A DNA stretch of 64,000 bases from Octopus sinensis (Eukaryota). Positions 13,028 through 26,003 of the stretch are shown one piece after another. Every line of letters starts with the position of its first letter. The stretch's first letter is position 1. Both the position numbers and the translations under genes were made by a program. The notes under the pieces were generated by a model that saw only the letters and a program-made list of their open reading frames with translations, did no database searches and was not told where the DNA came from. The DNA is taken from assembly GCF_006345805.1 (NCBI RefSeq), contig NC_043001.1:133796001-133860000 (forward strand). The letters are read 5' to 3'.

Positions 13028-13358
13028 CAGTGCTGGTCAACCTGAGGCCTGCAGGCCACATGCGGCCTGCAGACTTTTAGCTTGTGGCCCAGATGATACT
13101 TTCTTGAAATGGGTTTATTTAAACAAATACTTAAAAATTTTTTATTGAAAATTAAAGATTGTAATAAAATGTAAAAAAGAAAGATACTACTATTTTTTGC
13201 AACGGTAGTATTTCATGTTGAATCAAAGATCATTCATTCATTATTGTAATAATAGCATGAGAAAGCAAAATGCTTTCAAATCTGTCCGTATACAAGTGGC
13301 CCTCAAAAGACTTTGCAATTAAAGTGGCCCACAGTGTAATTCGAGTTGGTCAGGCCTG
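13028..13358. mobile_element. hAT (Charlie-like) MITE
   Basis: CAG...CTG termini, ggcctgcaggccacatgcggcc subterminal motif, near-TSD gtctaacc/gtctctaacc. Confidence 0.65.
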
Positions 13359-13372
13359 GTCTCTAACCCTTG

Positions 13373-13832
13373 GAGATGAGGAATTATGTACATTATTTAC
13401 ATTCAACAGATATTTGTCCTCTTTTTTGTTGTTAACACAATGTTTCGGCTGATATACCTTCCAGCTTTCTTCAGGTGTTTTGCGGAAATTTCGAACCTGG
13501 GTTCTCATTCCTCCTCCTCCGGCGGCAGCTGCTGCTGCTGTTGCTGTTGTTATTATTATTATTGTTATTGTTATTGTTCAGGTCACTACTTGGAATCGAA
13601 CTCAGAATCTTGGGGTTAAGAGCACATGCTGCTAACCCCAAGATTCCAAGTTCGATTCCAAGCAGTGACCTGAACAATAATAATAATAATAACATCGAAA
13701 AATACCTTAGGAACGAGGACCCAGGTTCGAAATTTCTCCCAAACACCTGAAGAAGGCTGAAGGATATATCAGCCGAAACGTTGTGTTAACAACAAACAAG
13801 ATGAGGACAAATATCCATCGAATGTAAATAAC
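13373..13832. mobile_element. Second palindromic tRNA/hammerhead dimer with central deletion
   Basis: Same sequence family as 28013-28545. The centre appears collapsed at ggtta microhomology near 13615. Confidence 0.85.
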
Positions 13833-14421
13833 GAATATAGAGGTACTTTGGAATAAATACTTTATGGTATTTGTTCCACCCAAGTGGCATAGATGCTTCC
13901 TTACTATTTTCACTATTGTAAATAGTAAACATATGATTAGCCAGTTAGAAACTTGTGATGAAGAACACTACTATTCACAAAATATGTTATTGTTCAGGTC
14001 ACTACTTGGAATCGAACTCGGAATCTTGGGGCTAAGAGCACATGCTACTAACCTCAAGATTCCGAGTTCGATTCCAAGCAGTGACCTGAACAACAACAGC
14101 AGCAGCAGTGGCGGTGGCGACAACGACGAAAAATACCTTAGGAACGAGAACCTGGGTTCGAAATTTCTCCAAGACACTTGAAGAAGGCTGGAGGATATAT
14201 CAGCCGAAACATTGTGTTAACAACAAACAAGATGAGGACAAATATCCATCGAATGTAAATAACGAATATAGAGGTACTTTGGAATAAATACTTTATGGTA
14301 TTTGTTCCACCCAAGTGGCATAGATGCTTCCTTACTATTTTCACTATTGTAAATAGTAAACATATGATTAGCCAGTTAGAAACTTGTAATGAAGAACACT
14401 GCTGTTCACAAAATATGTTAT
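13570..14421. repeat. Tandem duplication, about 416-431 bp period
   Basis: 13570-13990 is repeated at 13991-14421, including the hammerhead arm and about 160 bp of flank. The copies differ in the microsatellite linker and by SNPs. Confidence 0.9.
13742..13787 (+). ncRNA. Minimal type I hammerhead ribozyme (intact core)
   Basis: aacac-CTGAAGA-a-ggctg(aaggatatat)cagcc-GAAA-cg-TT-gtgtt. Confidence 0.7.
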
Positions 14422-14485
14422 AAAACAAACACATAAATAAGACAAATTAATAAAAATAAATAAATAAAAAATTTGTCTTTATCAC

Positions 14486-14598
14486 CATCAATTTGTTGCA
14501 GTGTAGCCATATTGTGTCTGGCATGTAAGCGAATGTTATAACTGCTACTACTACATGCCAGCAGTCGGTCGTCAGTTGCAGAATCAGGAGTGTCAGCG
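14486..14598 (-). CDS. WDR89: WDR89-like exon 2 (ADTPDSATDDRLLACSSSSYNIRLHARHNMATLQQID)
   Basis: ttttag acceptor, gtgata donor, 113 nt with phases 2/1 consistent with both neighbours. Confidence 0.85.
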
Positions 14599-15087
14599 CT
14601 AAAAAATATAAAAAATATTATTTCATAGTATTTAAAATTATCAGATAAAATTTCATTTTAACCAATATCTATCTTTTCAAATTTGAAATCATAAAAAAAT
14701 CTGTAAACAGTTAACACAATTATATAACGTAAAATGTGACACTGCTTTTAAGTAAACTATCTTAAGACGAATGACTGACGTCATTATTGTGGCCAATATA
14801 TATATATATATATATAGTGAAAGCACATGGCTTAGAGGTTAGGGTGTTGCACTCACAAATGTGGGATCATGGTTTCAATTCCCAGACCGGGTATTGCATT
14901 GTGTTCTTGAGCAAAATACTTCATTTCCTGTTGCTCTGCGATAATTTTGTCATCTGATATATCATATACTGTAACTATCCTTTATAAATATATATACCCT
15001 TCCATCTATCCATTCATCCACACACACACACTTACATATGTCTGTGTATTTATATGTATATATGATATACATATGTATATATGATAT

Positions 15088-15398
15088 ACGTAAAAAGCAC
15101 CATCCGAATCGTGGCCGAAGCCAGTGCCGCCTCGACTGGCTTCCGTGCAGGTGGCACGTAAAATGCACCAATCCGACCGTGGCCGATGCCAGCCTCGCCT
15201 GGCACCTGTGCGGGTGGCACGTAAAAAGCACCCACTACACTCACGGAGTGGTTGGCGTTAGGAAGGGCATCCAGCTGTAGAAACATTGCCAGATCTGACT
15301 GGCCTGGTGCAGCCTTCTGGCTTCCCAGATCCCCGGTCGAACCGTCCAACCCATGCTAGCATGGAGAACGGACATTAAACGATGATGATGATGATGAT
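15088..15398 (+). mobile_element. Repeat family C
   Basis: Match. Confidence 0.85.
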
Positions 15399-15689
15399 AT
15401 GATATAGTATACTTCATGCACCTGTACAAGTAATGTTGATTTGATGGAGGGAGTGAACTTATGCGAACATGAACAGTTTATTGCTATAAACAAATCACTA
15501 TAAAGAAATCATCTGTGTGGCTGTTCAGCAACGAATTGCAGAACCACTCATACACTGTCTGACATTGGGAGAGAGTGAGTCCATGATAATACTCACACAC
15601 TGTATTCTTTGGCGTAAATGAAGTATATGCATATTAGACACTCTACAATTTCAGCAGCACATATTCTGGAAAAAAAGTTTTTAGTTTAA

Positions 15690-15911
15690 CCCTTTAGCAT
15701 TTAAACTGGCCATATCCAGCCAAAAGTATTCTGCCTGTTTTATGTTCAAACTGGCCAGATCTGGTCTCTCACACTAACCCTACAATATCGTTTTAAAAAT
15801 TAACAGCTACCTCCATCAAAATCTCATAGCTACAAGATAATGCATGATTAGTTCAAAACAATGTGAATAAAAAAGGATTAATTTTGGCAGAATAATGCGA
15901 ACACTAAAGGG
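15690..15911. mobile_element. piggyBac-like MITE (inverted relative to 9447)
   Basis: TTAA-ccctttag ... ctaaaggg-TTAA; partial repeat continues to about 16000. Confidence 0.82.
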
Positions 15912-16019
15912 TTAAACCAGCCAAATCCAGCCAAAATATTCTGCCTGGTTTATGTCGAAACTGGTTAGGTCTAGCTCCTCACACCTACTCCTACAATGTC
16001 ATATGACAAAGTGCAAATG

Positions 16020-16190
16020 AGTTGAGGGAAATATTTGGCATAAGAGGAATTAGATGTAGCATGCAAGAGAGAAGACTGCACTGGTTAGCTCATGTGATGC
16101 ATATGGAATATGTGTAAAAGGGAGACCCAGGAAGGTATGGGACAAAGCGGCTAAGGCTGAACTCAAGATGTTGAGCCTCACAGAGGAGAT
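16020..16190 (+). mobile_element. RTE LINE 3' ORF fragment
   Basis: Similar to 53080-53290 (ERRLHW.AHVM, GRPRK.W). Confidence 0.6.
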
Positions 16191-16604
16191 ACTCTTTTAC
16201 TCTCTTTTACTTGTTTCAGTCATTTGACTGCGGCCATGCTAGAGCACCGCCTTTAGTCGAGCAAATCGACCCTGGGACTTATTCATTGTAAGCCTAGTAC
16301 TTATTCTATCGGTCTCTTTTTGCCGAACCGCTAAGTTACACGGACGTAAGCACACCAGCATCGGTTGTCAAGCAATGCTAGGGGGACAAACACAGACACC
16401 CAAACACACACACATACATATACATATATATACATATATACGACAGGCTTCTTTCAGTTTCCGTCTACCAAATCCACTCACAAGGCATTGGTCGGCCCGG
16501 GGCTATAGCAGAAGACACTTGCCCAAGATCCCGCGCAGTGGGACTGAACCCGGAAACATGTGGCTGGTTAGCAAGCTACTTACCACACAGCCACTCCTGC
16601 GCCT
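16190..16604 (-). mobile_element. SINE family A
   Basis: Full-length match; interrupts a LINE fragment. Confidence 0.9.
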
Positions 16605-16763
16605 ATGACAAAGAACTGAAATGATTAATGATTCATTATGATGAAGACATACCCATCACAGCTCAAGTGAAGTCCTAGAATCACTATGTTTATGCCTCGA
16701 CACATATACCAAACCAAACATGTTTCGTACCTATTCAAATTAAACTTGGAAACACCAACTTAC

Positions 16764-16876
16764 CTTTGTTGAATATCCATATGAAGAATGTATTCTTCTT
16801 CCACAGGTTTTAAAGATATAGCAGTCTTTTCACAAAAGTTTAGTTTTCGCATCATATCTTCCATAGACTCCATCAT
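16764..16876 (-). CDS. WDR89: WD repeat protein 89-like, coding exon 1 (MMESMEDMMRKLNFCEKTAISLKPVEEEYILHMDIQQ)
   Basis: ATG at 16876, donor AG|gtaagt at 16763. A pyrimidine-rich acceptor lies just upstream (exon begins 16898). Phase 2 joins the next exon in frame. Confidence 0.8.
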
Positions 16877-17051
16877 GAAAATCTTCAATTACAATACTCT
16901 AATAGAAAAACACAAGAAATATATCATGTAAATATTCTCTTTAGGAACCAACTGTTAAATTAGATTTAGTGGTAAAGATGGAATTAAGAACTAAATTGGT
17001 TAGATTGCAAAGTATTTATATATTTAAATAATCTTTTTACTTCTTTTAGTC

Positions 17052-17822
17052 AGGTTCAGAAGTATGGAGCATGGGTTCCGCATGCTTTAAGTGACAAGAA
17101 CAAAAATCAATGAGCCACAATCTCCGCTGGTTTGCTTGCTCGTCACCACTCAACTCATGGACAGAAGCAAAGATTTCTTTACCAAATCGTTACTGGTGAT
17201 GAAAAATGGTGCCTGTACATTAATATGAAGCAGCGTAAGGAATGGCTTAGCCCTGATAAACAAGGGACACTGCATGTGAAACAAGATCGTCATCCGCATA
17301 AAATGATGTGCGTATGGTGGGACTGGGAAGGGATTATCCATTACGAATTGCCTGAACGGAACCAAATGGTCAACATGGAACTCTATATTCAACAGATGGA
17401 ACGACTCAACACGGCTATTCAAGAGAAAAGACCTAATCGGAAGCATGGATTTTTTCTGCTGCATGACAACGCCTGCCCTCATATCGGCCAATATGACCAA
17501 GGAAGCCATTCAAACGCATGGCTGGGAAGTGCTGCCACACTCACTATACTCTCTTGATTTGGCACCAACGGATTTCCACCTCTTTCGATCTCTTTCAAAT
17601 GCTATGCGTGGAGTTTCGTTCAATACTGATGCAGAATTGAGAGCTTGGTTGGATCAATTCTTTGAGTCGAAATCAGGTGATCTCTACCAACGAGGTATTG
17701 AAAATATTGTTGAACGCTGAGAAGAAGTTGTTAACGACAAGGGTGAATACATTATTGATTAATTAGTTGTTATTTTTTATTAAACCTTTTAAAAAACGGC
17801 AGGAACTTAGTTGCCAGCCTGA
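17052..17822 (+). mobile_element. Mariner transposase 3' relic with right TIR
   Basis: WVPHAL, IVTGDEKW, LLHDNA.PH and YSLDLAPTDFHLFRSL (D,D34D motifs), with frameshifts and stops. Ends in a TIR-like sequence plus TA. Confidence 0.92.
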
Positions 17823-18664
17823 TATATATGAATGTTAATGCATTTGTTGATCGGTATGTGTGTGTGTGTGTGTGTGTGTGAGGAGGGTGCATCTGTATAT
17901 ATGTACATATATATATATATATGCATGTGTGTGTGTGCATAGGAGTACCCAGAGATATAATAGTATATCTGTGTGTGAGTGATTGTATGACTATAAAGCA
18001 ATTTATGGGAAAATCTTGAGGTGAGGAAAGGACTTTCGGAAAATTCCCAAGATCCAAATTTTTCCTCATTATATTCCGAAATCACATTCAACTTTCTATA
18101 GATACCCTAGCCATTGATGAAATAGAAGAGGTTAGAAGGGTCAAGTGGCGAAAACATTATTTTGCTTAGCTAAGGAATCTGGCAAATTTAACTGCTGTCA
18201 CAGAAAAACTATTGTTTTACCGTGAGAAAAGTGCTGTTGAACTGTTAATTGAAATTTGGCTATCTTTTTCAAAAAATGCACTTTTGAAGGTGAGGTGCAA
18301 AACTGCATCAGCCCCCTTTCTTTACACATATTTTAAGATGACATTTTGCAGAAATACATTTTATAGAGTGTGGATTACATTAGATTGAAAAATCAAAGAA
18401 CTTTGGAAACAATAATAAACAAAGAGGTAACGATGTCTGGACAAAAAATAACTATGTTAGTGTTTGTGTGAAACAAGTCAAAGTGCATTAAAACAATATC
18501 TTTTATATACCTACTAAAATGACTGGATATATAAGACCTAAGCTGCAAAACAGTTTTGTCCTTTAGTAACTTTTCAGCCGAAATTTTAAGCGGGTAACAA
18601 ATACTCTTCGATTTCTTGTGGAGAGAAAGGGGGAGAGAGTGAGTAAAGGTGTGTTTTGTCATTT

Positions 18665-18858
18665 ACTCTTTCACTTGTCTCAGTCATTTGACTGTGGCCA
18701 TGCTGGAGCACCACTTTTAGTCAAGCAAATCGACCCCATGACTTATTCTTTGTAAGCCTAGTACTTATTCTATCGGTCTCTTTTGCCGAATCGCTAAGTT
18801 ACAGGAATGTAAACACACCAGCATCGGTTGTCAAACGATGTTGGGGGGACAAACACAG

Positions 18859-18900
<42 letters not shown>

Positions 18901-19039
18901 CGGGCTTCTTTCAGTTTCCGTCTACCAAATCCACTCACAAGGCCCGAGGCTATAGAAGACACTTGCCCAAGGTGCCACGCAGGGGACTGAACCCGGAACC
19001 ATGTGGTTGGTAAGCAAGCTACTTATCACACAGCCACTA
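18665..19039 (-). mobile_element. SINE family A
   Basis: Near full-length match. Confidence 0.88.
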
Positions 19040-19089
19040 TTGGGGGGGGGGGGGACTGTACATTATAAATTTGAAATGCAGGTTTTTTT

Positions 19090-19640
19090 GCAGATTTGGA
19101 ACCCCATCCCTCGATATAGTGTGTTCATGTAAAAATAAGACCGAAAAATGTCCCAAAGGGGGTACGTTCCATGATCTTTACCTCTGCCAATTTGTACATA
19201 CCCCGGTGACCGATCTATAAAATTTTGAGAATGATCTACCGTATGGTGAATGTAACCAAGTATGTGGTGATTACAATAGCTTGCCAAATAGTCAGTTATA
19301 ACAGTAGTTCCTGGAAAAACATTTTATCTGATAACATTCCCCAACATCTCTGTACTCCTATCGGGTACACGTTAAAGAAATCCTTTTCTGGTTGTGGTGT
19401 CATAACATCCGACAACCCAAGTTTTGCAATATATTCTTCCTTCATTGTTCTTGCTATTGAAGAACAAGCTTTCATCAACAAGCCAATGGGAGTTTTGTCT
19501 TGCAGCAGTTTTGCCAAACAAACATCTCTACAGAACTGGTACCACTGAACGGCAGTTTTTATATCAATGCAATTCATACTTGCAGATATCTTCACAAGCA
19601 ATTCGAAAATAAAATAAAATACTAAATGAAAAATTACATA
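19090..19640 (-). pseudogene. Merlin / ISXO2 (IS1595-family-like) DDE transposase relic
   Basis: TAVQWYQFCRDVC..LLQDKTPIG, DES, WVVG.YD..RKGFL, VPDRS, PGTTVITD, GYIHHTVDHSQNFID; stops and frameshifts. Confidence 0.85.
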
Positions 19641-19908
19641 TAATGGCAGCTTAGAGTTTTCTGTAAATGTACCTTTCCTTTTTTTTTTTTTTACATTTAA
19701 TGCATTTTCTATTGTCAAACCCGTCAATAGAACAACTAGAATTTTGAAAATTCATCGAATGTGTGCAAGTACACGTTTTTTCATTGGCAATATGTTTTGT
19801 CTTCAGATAATCTATAATGTTCTCTGGTGCAAAGAACAGTAAAAGTTCCAATCTGGGTGTATACAATGTAAAATAAATTTAGAAAAATAGCAATAGCTGC
19901 TTCTTTTT

Positions 19909-20266
19909 CATCATCATCATTATCATCATCATCGTTTAACGTCCGTTCTCCATGCTAGCATGGGTTGGACGGTTCGACCGGGGACTGGAAAGCCAGAAGG
20001 CTGCACCAGGCTCCAGTCTTATCTGGCAATGTTTCTACAGCTGGATGCCCTTCCTAATGCCAACCACTCCGTGAGTGTAGTGGGTGCTTTTTACGTGCCA
20101 CCGGCACAGGTGCCAGGCGAGGCTGGCAACGGCCACGGTCGGATTGGTGCATTTTACGTGCCACCGGCATGGAAGCCAGTCGGGGCGGCACTGGCTTCGG
20201 CCACAATTTGGATGGTGCTTTTTACGTGCTACCGGCACGGAAGCCAGTCGAGGCGGTGCTGGCATC
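19909..20266 (-). mobile_element. Repeat family C
   Basis: Match. Confidence 0.85.
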
Positions 20267-20586
20267 TTTTTAAAGGGTACAAATACTATGAAGAAGATGA
20301 TGATGATTGATGCTGATGGGATGGTTGTGGTAGCTTCTTGATTTCAAATAGAGTTTACGGAAATAATGTATGAACTTGTGCAATGTTAATCCTTCGAATT
20401 TATTTTTGTAATAACGAAACAATGGGTTCAGCCCTTACCGCCAGAATTAATTTGTCTTGCAAAAGAACCCACACACACACACATACACACCTATACAATT
20501 TCAGAAGAACAGCAACAGTCGCTTCTTGTGAAGATGATGATGATGATTGTTGCCGATGGGATGGTTCACACACACACACATACAAT

Positions 20587-20941
20587 GGAAGCACTCCGTC
20601 GGTTACGACGATGAGGGTTCCGGTTGATCCGAATCAACAGAACAGCCTGCTCATGAAATTAACGTGTAAGTGGCTGAGCACCCTTAACGTAGTTCTCGGG
20701 GATATTCAGCGTGACACAGAGAGTGACAAGGCCGGCCCTTTGAAATACAGGTACAACAGAAACAGGTAGTAAGAGTGAGAGAAAGTTGCGGTGAAAGAGT
20801 ACAGCAGGGATCACCACCATCCCTGCCGGAGCTTTAGGTGTTTTCGCTCAATAAACACTCACAACGCCCAGTCTGGGAATCGAAACCGCGATCCTACGAC
20901 CGTGAGTCCGCTGCCCTAACCACTGGGCCATTGCGCCTCCA
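20587..20941 (-). mobile_element. SINE family B
   Basis: Match with small deletions. Confidence 0.88.
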
Positions 20942-21342
20942 CGGTTGTTGCTAATAGAATGGTTGACACACACGCACGTAGATAAACATAGATGAAGTCC
21001 CATTTTGGACGTATGCTAAAGTTTTTATTAGACGTATTACGGAGAATTATTCAATATTGTGTTTGCTTCTATGAGAATCAAGTACCTTTAAAGCGAAAAA
21101 ACAAGACCGATGTATACAACAGGTAAGTATAACAATGCTGTTTCACTTCTTCTAGTCGTTCATTTTCTGTGAGCTGTAAAGATTGTTGCGCTCACACACC
21201 CTTTATTGTTGAGTAGGGAGGGGTGCGTTGATCAGTTTTGGAGTTTTTCGGCATGCATATGTTCCTTATACATTCCAAAATCAAGTTGTCGACTTTCACG
21301 TATGGAGTATCAAAAGATTCAGTACTATTTCCTCTACTAACT

Positions 21343-21482
21343 AGGCGCAGGAGTGGCTGTGTGGTAAGTAGCTTGTTTACCAACCACATGGTTCCGGGTT
21401 CAGTCCCACTGCGTGGCACCTTGGGCAAGTGTCTTCTACTATAGCCTCGGGCCGACAAAGCCTTGTGAGTGGATTTGGTAGA
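21343..21482 (+). mobile_element. SINE family A, 5' part
   Basis: Head only. Confidence 0.85.
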
Positions 21483-21509
21483 GACATATTTGAATTACAA
21501 AAATTTAGA

Positions 21510-22680
21510 GGGGTGATCTTTCGTTACAAGAATACACGACTGCTAGTTACAAACCACGTGTATTTATTTACATTTGTGAAGATGATCGTCGATTTCCGTA
21601 AAAAAATTTTTTTTTTCATATAGGGTTGTGGGAGGGGGAATGGGATCTGTTGAAGTTGGCGTGAATCGGAAGACTTGATGTACGTGTGTGCGAACATGCG
21701 TGTGTATGTGTGTGTGAGAGAGAGAGAAAGAGAATGTGTGTGTGTGTGTGTGTGTGTTTGATGGGGGGTGGGGTGCGAGACGGAAATGTGTGGTGTGTAA
21801 GTGAAGTGCTTTTGTTAGTGTGTGTGTGAAGAGAGAGAGTAATGTTGCTGCTGTGTGTGTATGTGTAAGAGACAGAGACAACTGAAATTTTTTTTATTCA
21901 CTTTTTGTAGTGAGAGAATGTGTGAGTGACTGACAGAGAAAAAGAGAAAGGTTATGTGGGAGTGTGGAAGCACTCCGTCGGTTACGACGATGAGGGTTCC
22001 GGTTGATCCGATCAACGGAACAGCCTGCTCGTGAAATTAACGTGTAAGTGGCTGAGCACTCCACAGACACGTGTACCCTTAACGTAGTTCTCGGGGATAT
22101 TCAGCGTGACACAGAGAGTGACAAGGCCGGCCCTTTGAAATACAGGTACAACAGAAACAGGAAGTAAGAGTGATAGAAAGACTGGTGAAAGAGTACAGCA
22201 GGGATCACCACCATCCCCTGCCAGAGCCTTGTGGAGCTTTAGGTGTTTTCGCTCAATAAACACTCACAACGCCCGGTCTGGGAATCGAAACCGCGATCCT
22301 ATGACTGCGAGTCCGCTGCCCTAACCACTGGTTATATATGGCTTCAGTGACACACACACACAAAAACACATACCTACGTACACCTATTGCATACCTTTTT
22401 TGTACGTATACATGTGCGTGTAAGAGAGGGAGAGGGAAAGAGACAAAGAGAGAGAGAGAGCGAAAAAGAGATGGTATGTTTTGTTTTTTTGTTGTTTTTG
22501 CTTGTTGTTTGCATGTATGTTTAAATTTAGCAGCAGGAACAAAATTGTAGCACACACACAGACGGAACGCCAACTTCAAAAGAACTTCCCCGATCCAATC
22601 GCTCTCTGTCTCGCTTTTACGCCGAGTTGAAAAGATACCCTTCCCCCAACCCACATATATAAAAAAAATTAAAATGTAAT
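21510..22680. mobile_element. Degraded relative of the 27210 MITE, interrupted by a SINE
   Basis: Shares cgtcgatttccgtaaaaaaattttt, aacttcaaaagaacttccc and internal CA/GA tracts with 27210-27640. Confidence 0.55.
21966..22331 (-). mobile_element. SINE family B
   Basis: Match. Confidence 0.88.
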
Positions 22681-22807
22681 TTAGCCTATATACATACACA
22701 CACATCAATATATATATAATACATATATATATATATATATACATACACACACATCAATATATATATATATATATGTACACATCTATGTTTATATATCTAT
22801 ACCGATA

Positions 22808-22862
<55 letters not shown>

Positions 22863-22880
22863 TCATATATACATGTATAT

Positions 22881-23150
22881 CATCATCATCATCATCGTTT
22901 AGCGTCCGTTCTCCATGCTAGCATGGGTTGGACGGTTCAACTGGGGTCTGGAAAGCCAGGGACTGCACCAGGCTCCAGTCTGATCTGGCAGTGTTTCTAT
23001 GGCTGGATGCCCTTCCTAACGCCAACCACTCCATGAGTGTAGTGGGTACTTTTTACATCCCACCGGCACAGGTGCCAGACGAGGCTGGCAGACGGCCACG
23101 ATCGGATGGTGCTTTTCATGTGCCACCGGCACGGAGGCCAGGCGAGGCTG
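22881..23150 (-). mobile_element. Repeat family C
   Basis: Match. Confidence 0.85.
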
Positions 23151-23305
23151 ATGCATATACATACACACACACACATCTATATATGTGTGTCACTGAAGCC
23201 ATTCATACATACACAGAGAATCTCTCTCTCTCTCTTTCACACACACACACCAGCACCATTGCTCCCTCTCTCTCTTCACACACACTAAAAAAAGAATTTC
23301 ACATC

Positions 23306-24930
23306 GCGCACGCGAAAGAGGGGTGGGGGAGAGGCCTCGGAATATTTATATCGGGAATTTCCGAAAGCGTCTGAACCGGGCACAAAAACAAAAACAAAAA
23401 CAGCGTAATAGGTGTAAAACAACTTGCTCTAAACGACTATCATGAAAAAAATGCGCGCTCGCAAAAGGGGGATGGGGGAGAGGCTTCGGAAATTTCACAT
23501 CTTCAGTCCACGGCCTTTAAACTAAGAAAAAATAGTGTAATTGGTGTAAAACTACTTGTTCTAAACGAGTATCAAGAACACACACTCACACATGAATCAT
23601 AAACTCCGTATTTCGCAAAAAAAAAAAATAAAGAGAAGAAATTCTGGAAAAAGTGAAGAAATGTTGGATCTCCGCCATGTGAATCAAAATACGTGTCAGA
23701 AACATCTTGAAATACTACAGAAATTATGTTACGAAAATGATAATGTATACATACCTCTTTGAGTGGTCCATCGATAATGATGATAAAGAAATGAGTTGGA
23801 TTTGAACTCAGAATATTGACTAACACAACTACATACTACAAGACTCAAAATATTCAGCCAAGTCACCACCCTTTAACTAGCAATAATAATAGCACCAATA
23901 ACATAACAGCCAAAAGATTTATTTGTTCTGAAAATAACAATCATAGTAAATAAATATGTTCTTTAATATTCACATTCATGTGCACAGTTAAACACACTTA
24001 CATACAAACAGTCACGCATGCATAATACAAAACGGAACACATAAATGAAGGATGCATTACTTAGTATATATTACATCTAGAGAATTTTGATTAATAAGTC
24101 AAATATGCAAATTATAAAGATAATTAATTGCTTTACTAAACAGTGTTGTAAAGGTGAAAAAATAAATTTGGGAAAAAAATACACGCCAAAACTAATTAAT
24201 AAAGGATAATTTGGGAAGGATTGACACAAAATAATAATTTTTTCTCTCTCTTTTTTTCTGATAAATGCATCTTAATAAGTGAGAAGAATTGCATATATCT
24301 GAACTATTTCAAAGAAAAGCATAAATTTAATGTTTAAAATAGCTTTAACCAAGGAATGAGATCCAACATTTCTTCACTTTTTCCAAAATTTCTTCTCTTT
24401 ATTTTTTTTATTTTGCGAAATACGGAGTTTATGATTCATGTGTGAGTGTGTGTTCTTGATACTCGTTTAGAACAAGTAGTTTTACACCAATACACTATTT
24501 TTTCTTAGTTTAAAGGCCGTGGACTGAAGATGTGAAATTTCCGAAGCCTCCCCCACCCCCTTTCGCGAGCGCGCATTTTTTTCATGATAGTCGTTTAGAG
24601 CAAGTTGTTTTACACCTATTACGCTGTTTTGTTTTTGTTTTTGTGCCCGGTTCAGACGCTTTCGGAAATTCCCGATATAAATATTCCGAGGCCTCTCCCC
24701 CACCCCTCTTTCGCGAGAGCGCATTTTTTTTTGTCATATTCGTTTAGAGCAAGTTGTTTTACACATATTACACTATTTTTTTTTTTTGTTTTGGTGCCCG
24801 GGTCAGCCCCTCAGACGCTTTCGGAACTTCCCGATGTGAATTTTCCGAGGCCTCTCCCCCACCCCCTTTCGCGTGCGCGAATTTTTTTTTTCATATTCGT
24901 TCATAGGAAGTTGTTTTACACCTATTACAC
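23306..24930. repeat. Long inverted repeat (about 365 bp arms) with about 150-bp internal subrepeats
   Basis: 23306-23672 is inverted at 24358-24715; an extra subunit extends to about 24930. Confidence 0.88.
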
Positions 24931-25155
24931 ACATTTTTTTGATTTTCTGATATTTGTTACGCCCTATATTAACCTACAATTCTGCCAGCTCGCCGCCTTT
25001 TTACCTACCGTTTACCCACAATTTTCCGACATGTAATTTTCCATGTATTTTGAGAGAGGAAACGAACATGTGGCGTTGCAGTAGGATGGTACTGAATCTT
25101 TATTGAAGAATTCCTTTCTGGAAAACACCCATATTCCGCCTTGGAAAATGTTGCG

Positions 25156-25426
25156 GCATTCCTTCGATATAACTCGACAAAATCAAAACATTTCACTTTG
25201 GGTATTTCTGAGGGTTGTGAAATATAGATGTAACGAAATTATGCCAGCAATGTCTCATTTTAAACTTGAGGAAAAAATGCCTTGCATATTTGTTCTTAGC
25301 TGTTTCACGTGCGTATGTAAAATCCGCAAATTTCCAAGCAGAAAACAGAATCGAACTGTCTTTTGCTTCCACGGAAATACTCGAAGTGAAATGTTTTGAT
25401 TTTGTCGAGTTATATCGAAAGAATGC
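25156..25426. repeat. Inverted repeat, about 43 bp arms
   Basis: gcattc.ttcgatataactcgacaaaatcaaaacatttcactt and its complement at 25384-25426. Confidence 0.8.
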
Positions 25427-26003
25427 GCCAATGTTGCTTTTCGTAAATCACTTCCTCGGCACAGCTTGGTCGCACAGATTAATAGAGGAAAATCTCGGAT
25501 TCTCCCGTAAAACATCTGTAGATTGGCGCTATATTTTTTGGATTTTCATTTCCGGGTCAAGATGTAAACATTAACCTTTTTTTTTCTTTCTTTCATATTC
25601 GTTTTCTACACATTTTTTTACACCTAGGAGGCTCTTTTTGTTTTTTTGTTTTTGTTAACGAGTCTTAAACTTTACATTGAACACAAAAGGCGGCGGGGTG
25701 AACACTTCTGTAGTTATGCGAATATATTCATATGTAAACAAAAATCTTCCGTACAAAACGGAAGCATCAACATGGTAACTACAGGAGTATGCTTGGCAAT
25801 CTTACAGTTACTTCGCACCCACGCGGTCTCGGGTATGATGATCCTACCGTGTAGCATCTTGAGCAATTTTTTTTTTGTTTTCTGGTGACACTTTTGCAAA
25901 TACAAACGAAAGAATTCCTTTTTTTTTTTTTTAATACATGAAAGCTATATAAAAGACCGTTATAGATTGTACCGGTTACTCAAAAAGTTACAGCGTTGAC
26001 AGC

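Noticed and set aside
21000-21125. Transposase C-terminal fragment (FWTYAK...)
   Set aside because: Similarity too short to support without a database search.
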